A stretch of DNA of 64,000 nucleotides from an uncultured Acidobacteriota bacterium (GTDB lineage: Bacteria > Acidobacteriota > Terriglobia > UBA7540): assembly GCA_963804995.1 (NCBI GenBank), contig CAWDSK010000009.1, positions 256,001-320,000 of the forward strand, written 5' to 3'. The position numbers and the translations under genes are program-made. Shown here piece by piece: positions 60,860 through 64,000 of this stretch. The notes under the pieces are model-generated. The model saw only the letters and a list, made by a program, of their open reading frames with translations. It had not been told where the DNA came from and did not search any database. Each line of letters starts with the position of its first letter. Position 1 is the first letter of the stretch.

Positions 60860-61116
60860 CAGTCGCCAAAAACCATGCGGCCCAGATCATCCCCGAGGCG
60901 TGCAACCTCTTTAGGATCGATTGCCGCACGGTAACGCTCGGCGAGCTCATAGAACTCTTTTTGTTTGCGCTTCTGGGCCTCGATCCCTTCTTCCACAAGT
61001 TCCACGATGATCCGGTTGGCGCTGAGGCGTCGTTGCTTCGCCAGGCTGCGCACCTGCCGCGCCGTATCGGCCGGAAGGCCCACGGTCTGGCGCACGACTT
61101 TGGTAGAAGCAGGCAT
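60859..61116 (-). CDS. Ribbon-helix-helix-like protein, putative antitoxin
   Basis: RQTVGLP..TARQVRSLAKQRRLSANRIIVELVEEG; TATAAT 6 nt before the ATG. Confidence 0.7.
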   Translation of the reverse strand: MPASTKVVRQTVGLPADTARQVRSLAKQRRLSANRIIVELVEEGIEAQKRKQKEFYELAERYRAAIDPKEVARLGDDLGRMVFGD

Positions 61117-61767
61117 GACACCATTATACACCAAAATGGTGATATACCTTCTTCCGCGCCTGGACTCAGGGTAGCGGGGCCTGTCCTACAGGTCCGGGGC
61201 TTTTTGTTGTCGATGGGGGACGTACCGCCCCCAGGCATCGGGGCGCTACGCCGCGTTTCCGTTCCTTCTATGGTCTAGACGAGCCAATCCAAACCCCGGC
61301 GGCGAGCCACTTCGGCCGCAGGGATATTCTGGCCCTCCTCTTGAGCAGGTAGCCAGAGTGTATGCCTTTCACACTCTGCGGTTCTTAATATGATAAACAT
61401 CCACAGTATTATTAACGCACAGGGTAAACATCAGATGCAGGAATCCGGTTTCCTGGGAGCTCATGAGCGGTGGTCGGAAGCCCTTCGAACGAAGAGCCGC
61501 AGAGTCTCGGAGAGCACGAGACTCTGCGCTACCAACTTGGCATCGGCGCTCTCTCGTGAAGCCGATTGAGAAGGGGTTTTTGCAGGTCGGCGTTGGCAAG
61601 AGCGGGTAGCCACAGTCAGGAGGGCACGGACTGTGGCTACCCGCTCTTGCCAACAATTTTCACGTCGTAGGGGCAGGCCTCGTGCCAAGGCTGTCCAAAT
61701 TAGGGCACCAATATACTTGACTCATCCACTGGGTTTTGGTATAGTTTTGCTTGTGAGGAGCGAAACC

Positions 61768-62736
61768 ATGCGCGAACCCCGTACCCTGCAAGAAGCCATT
61801 ATCTATTTTTCGAACCCTGACAATTCCCGCGCCTACCTTGTGGCGAAGCGCTGGCCCCAGGGCGTCATCTGCCCAACCTGCGGGTCGGAAAAGGTCAAAT
61901 TCAATCCGGCTCGCGGCGTCTGGCAATGCCCCCGCCATCATGCCCGGCGGCAATTCTCCGTCAAGGTGGGCACCCTGTTTGAGGATAGCGCCATCGGCCT
62001 GGATAAGTGGCTCACGGCGGTGTGGATGCTCACCAACTGCAAGAACGGTATCAGTTCCTATGAAGTAGCCCGCGACCTGGGGGTCACGCAAAAGACCGCC
62101 TGGTTCATGCTGCACCGCATCCGGCTGGCCTTGCAGGACGAGGGCGGCGGCAAGTTGGGAGGAGAAGTCGAGGTTGACGAAACCTTTATCGGCGGCCTCT
62201 CCCGCAACATGCACATCGGTAAGCGGCGGGAGAAAATCCAGGGCACGGGCGGGCGCGATAAAATTGCGGTCCTGGGAATTCTGAAACGGCGAGGCAAAGT
62301 TCGCACTTCGGTCGTTCCCGATGTGACCCTCAAAACTCTTCGCGGCAGCGTTGTCGAAAACGTTTCGGCGGGCTCGCAGGTTTTCACGGACGCTTGGATT
62401 GGTTACCACGGGTTGGATTCCGAATATGTTCATAGCGTTATTGACCATGCCCAAGCCTATGCCGTGGAAAACGTCCACACCAACGGCCTCGAAAACTACT
62501 GGAGCCTTTTGCAGCGCACCCTCCAAGGGACCTACGTTAGCGTCGAACCGTTCCATTTGTTTCGTTACCTTGACGAGCAAGCCTTCCGTTACAACCAGCG
62601 CGAAGGACTTGATGATCGTGGCCGCTTCGATGCGGCGGTTTCCAGGATCATCGGTAAGCGCCTCACCTGGAATCGCCTCGCCGGAAAGACGCAAGCTCGT
62701 CCAACCTGTTCTAACGCACAAGGCAAGGCAACGTGA
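61768..62736 (+). CDS. IS1595-family transposase
   Basis: Zn ribbon RWP.G..CP.CG, VEVDETFIGG, TD, HTNGLENYWS, YLDE..FRYN. Confidence 0.95.
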   Translation: MREPRTLQEAIIYFSNPDNSRAYLVAKRWPQGVICPTCGSEKVKFNPARGVWQCPRHHARRQFSVKVGTLFEDSAIGLDKWLTAVWMLTNCKNGISSYEVARDLGVTQKTAWFMLHRIRLALQDEGGGKLGGEVEVDETFIGGLSRNMHIGKRREKIQGTGGRDKIAVLGILKRRGKVRTSVVPDVTLKTLRGSVVENVSAGSQVFTDAWIGYHGLDSEYVHSVIDHAQAYAVENVHTNGLENYWSLLQRTLQGTYVSVEPFHLFRYLDEQAFRYNQREGLDDRGRFDAAVSRIIGKRLTWNRLAGKTQARPTCSNAQGKAT

Positions 62737-62753
62737 GCGCCGGGGGAAGCGGG

Positions 62754-62900
62754 TCAAGCCTTCGCCCGCTTCTTCCGCTGGCGTTGCTTCTTCCACTCCG
62801 CTTTCCTTCGCTGTAACTCCTCCCGCGGGACGGAGAAAATCTTGCTGATTGCAGCGTCGAAATTCTGGAATTCTGAGGTTTTTATCCCCTTCTGGCTCAT
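62754..62900 (-). CDS. Small basic passenger ORF within IS1595
   Basis: MSQKGIKTSEFQNFDAAISKIFSVPREELQRRKAEWKKQRQRKKRAKA, convergent with the transposase. Confidence 0.55.
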   Translation of the reverse strand: MSQKGIKTSEFQNFDAAISKIFSVPREELQRRKAEWKKQRQRKKRAKA

Positions 62901-63338
62901 AAACATTAAATGCCTCAGTCCGTGACAATACCTTATCCACTCAACATCGTACACCTCCAACCCGTTCATCTCGCACCTTTCGAATGGATGAGTCAAGTAA
63001 GTTGGTGCCCAAATTAGCGAAGTCTCCACTCGGCATGGGGAGCGAAATTTCGGAGTGCGGGAGCTTGGTCCCGCTTTTGCCACCGCTGACTCGTCAGCGG
63101 TCGGTGTATCGCCGCATCGAGTGGCGCCGAGTGAAAGCGGCGACGAGTCGCCGCACTCCGAAACGAGCGCCTCGGCAACGCGCCGCCAGGTTTAACCAGG
63201 GTACCCGGTATCAGTGTGACTCGCAGGAGCGCAGGAGGGCGGCTCGGTGTATACTGAATCGGGGCGTCGAGTCCAAAATATAAATTCCCGCTAGATAGAT
63301 GGGTCCTGTCAGCGAAGCCCATTCGCGAGGGAGGTGCC

Positions 63339-64000
63339 ATGAGACGAGGCGTGAAACTCCTGGTTTTTCTATCCGCAAGCCTTCTGCTTCAGCCCATGTT
63401 TATTCCCACCGCATACGCCGGCGACTGCTACGCAGACTGCCTCGGCCGGTATAACTGTTACTCCAGCCATCCCTTTGGAGGTACGGAATGCTACAACCTT
63501 TGCCGAGAGGCATGCAGACCGGATGGCTGGGGCGCCATCGCGTATAGCTGGAAAGACAAGATCTCGGGCTGGTCGTTTGCGCTTAACTCCGAGGGTACGG
63601 CCGCGCAGGTCGCGAAGAAATATTGCGCCAATCGGGGCGGCGCCAACTGCATCCTCCAGGCTACCTACTATGAGGCATGCGGGGCCGTGGCGGCGGACGG
63701 CGATCTTGTCGCCTGGGGAACGGAAAGCACCAAAGTGCAGGCCGAGAAGCGAGCGCTGTTGGAATGCGCAAAAATCGGCGGCAAGAAGTGCGTCGTCGAA
63801 GTGTCGGCCTGCTCGGCCCGGGACGCGAATTCGGCCTCGCGGCCCGCCAGCCCGCCCCCGCCGCCGAAAGCCATATCGTGGGGCGCCATCGCCTATAGCA
63901 CCAAGGATATGGGCGCCGGGTGGTCGCAGGGCAAGGAGGACCGGGCCAGCGCGGAAAGAGAAGCCATGAACGCCTGTTCCCAACGCGGCAAGGCGTGCGT
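63339..64000 (+). CDS. Exported Cys-rich protein with tandem DUF4189-like domains (runs off the window)
   Basis: GGAGG RBS, signal peptide, two WGAIAYS..GWS..A...C...G...C repeats; absent from the ORF track because it is truncated. Confidence 0.8.
   Translation, partial: MRRGVKLLVFLSASLLLQPMFIPTAYAGDCYADCLGRYNCYSSHPFGGTECYNLCREACRPDGWGAIAYSWKDKISGWSFALNSEGTAAQVAKKYCANRGGANCILQATYYEACGAVAADGDLVAWGTESTKVQAEKRALLECAKIGGKKCVVEVSACSARDANSASRPASPPPPPKAISWGAIAYSTKDMGAGWSQGKEDRASAEREAMNACSQRGKAC

Larger units (their letters stand above)
61704..63009 (+). mobile_element. IS1595-family insertion sequence
   Basis: 25-bp TIRs GGCACCAA(TA/CT)TACTTGACTCATCCA; 8-bp target-site duplication CAAATTAG (61696-61703, 63010-63017). 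Confidence 0.93.

Noticed and set aside
61660..62940. 426-aa minus-strand ORF
   Set aside because: Antisense to the IS1595 transposase.
63369..63983. ORF-track calls at the window end
   Set aside because: Alternative frames of the truncated DUF4189-like gene starting at 63339.

Overview
GC-rich bacterial chromosomal window. An Acidobacteria-like origin is inferred from the acidobacterial-type VWA protein, many Tat-signal sugar enzymes and dense palindromic repeats. Housekeeping genes: glmU, purH, selA (frameshifted), efp, a rhomboid protease, AsmA and an aminotransferase. Other content: a cobalamin riboswitch-TonB receptor-DUF71 unit, a block of Tat-exported sugar and sugar-acid enzymes, three IS elements (IS4/IS701-like with AbrB ORF, IS1634, IS1595), a complete group II intron inserted inside a REP-like hairpin, and several MITE/REP families. 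Top candidate for an undescribed system (36515-38038, minus strand): a 69-aa signal-peptide-bearing precursor with three identical IGTTPMPLPPP cores that differ only at synonymous sites, followed by a 7-TM orphan membrane protein and a second membrane protein. This looks like a multi-core peptide signalling module. Also notable: a ~1.4-kb non-coding array of a degenerate ~60-nt unit (54586-55945), a brnTA locus with the toxin deleted, and an unassigned RHH/toxin-like pair. Frameshifts cluster at TCGA/GATC/GGCC, which suggests methylation-linked sequencing errors rather than true pseudogenes. All family calls come from motif recognition by eye; no database searches were run.
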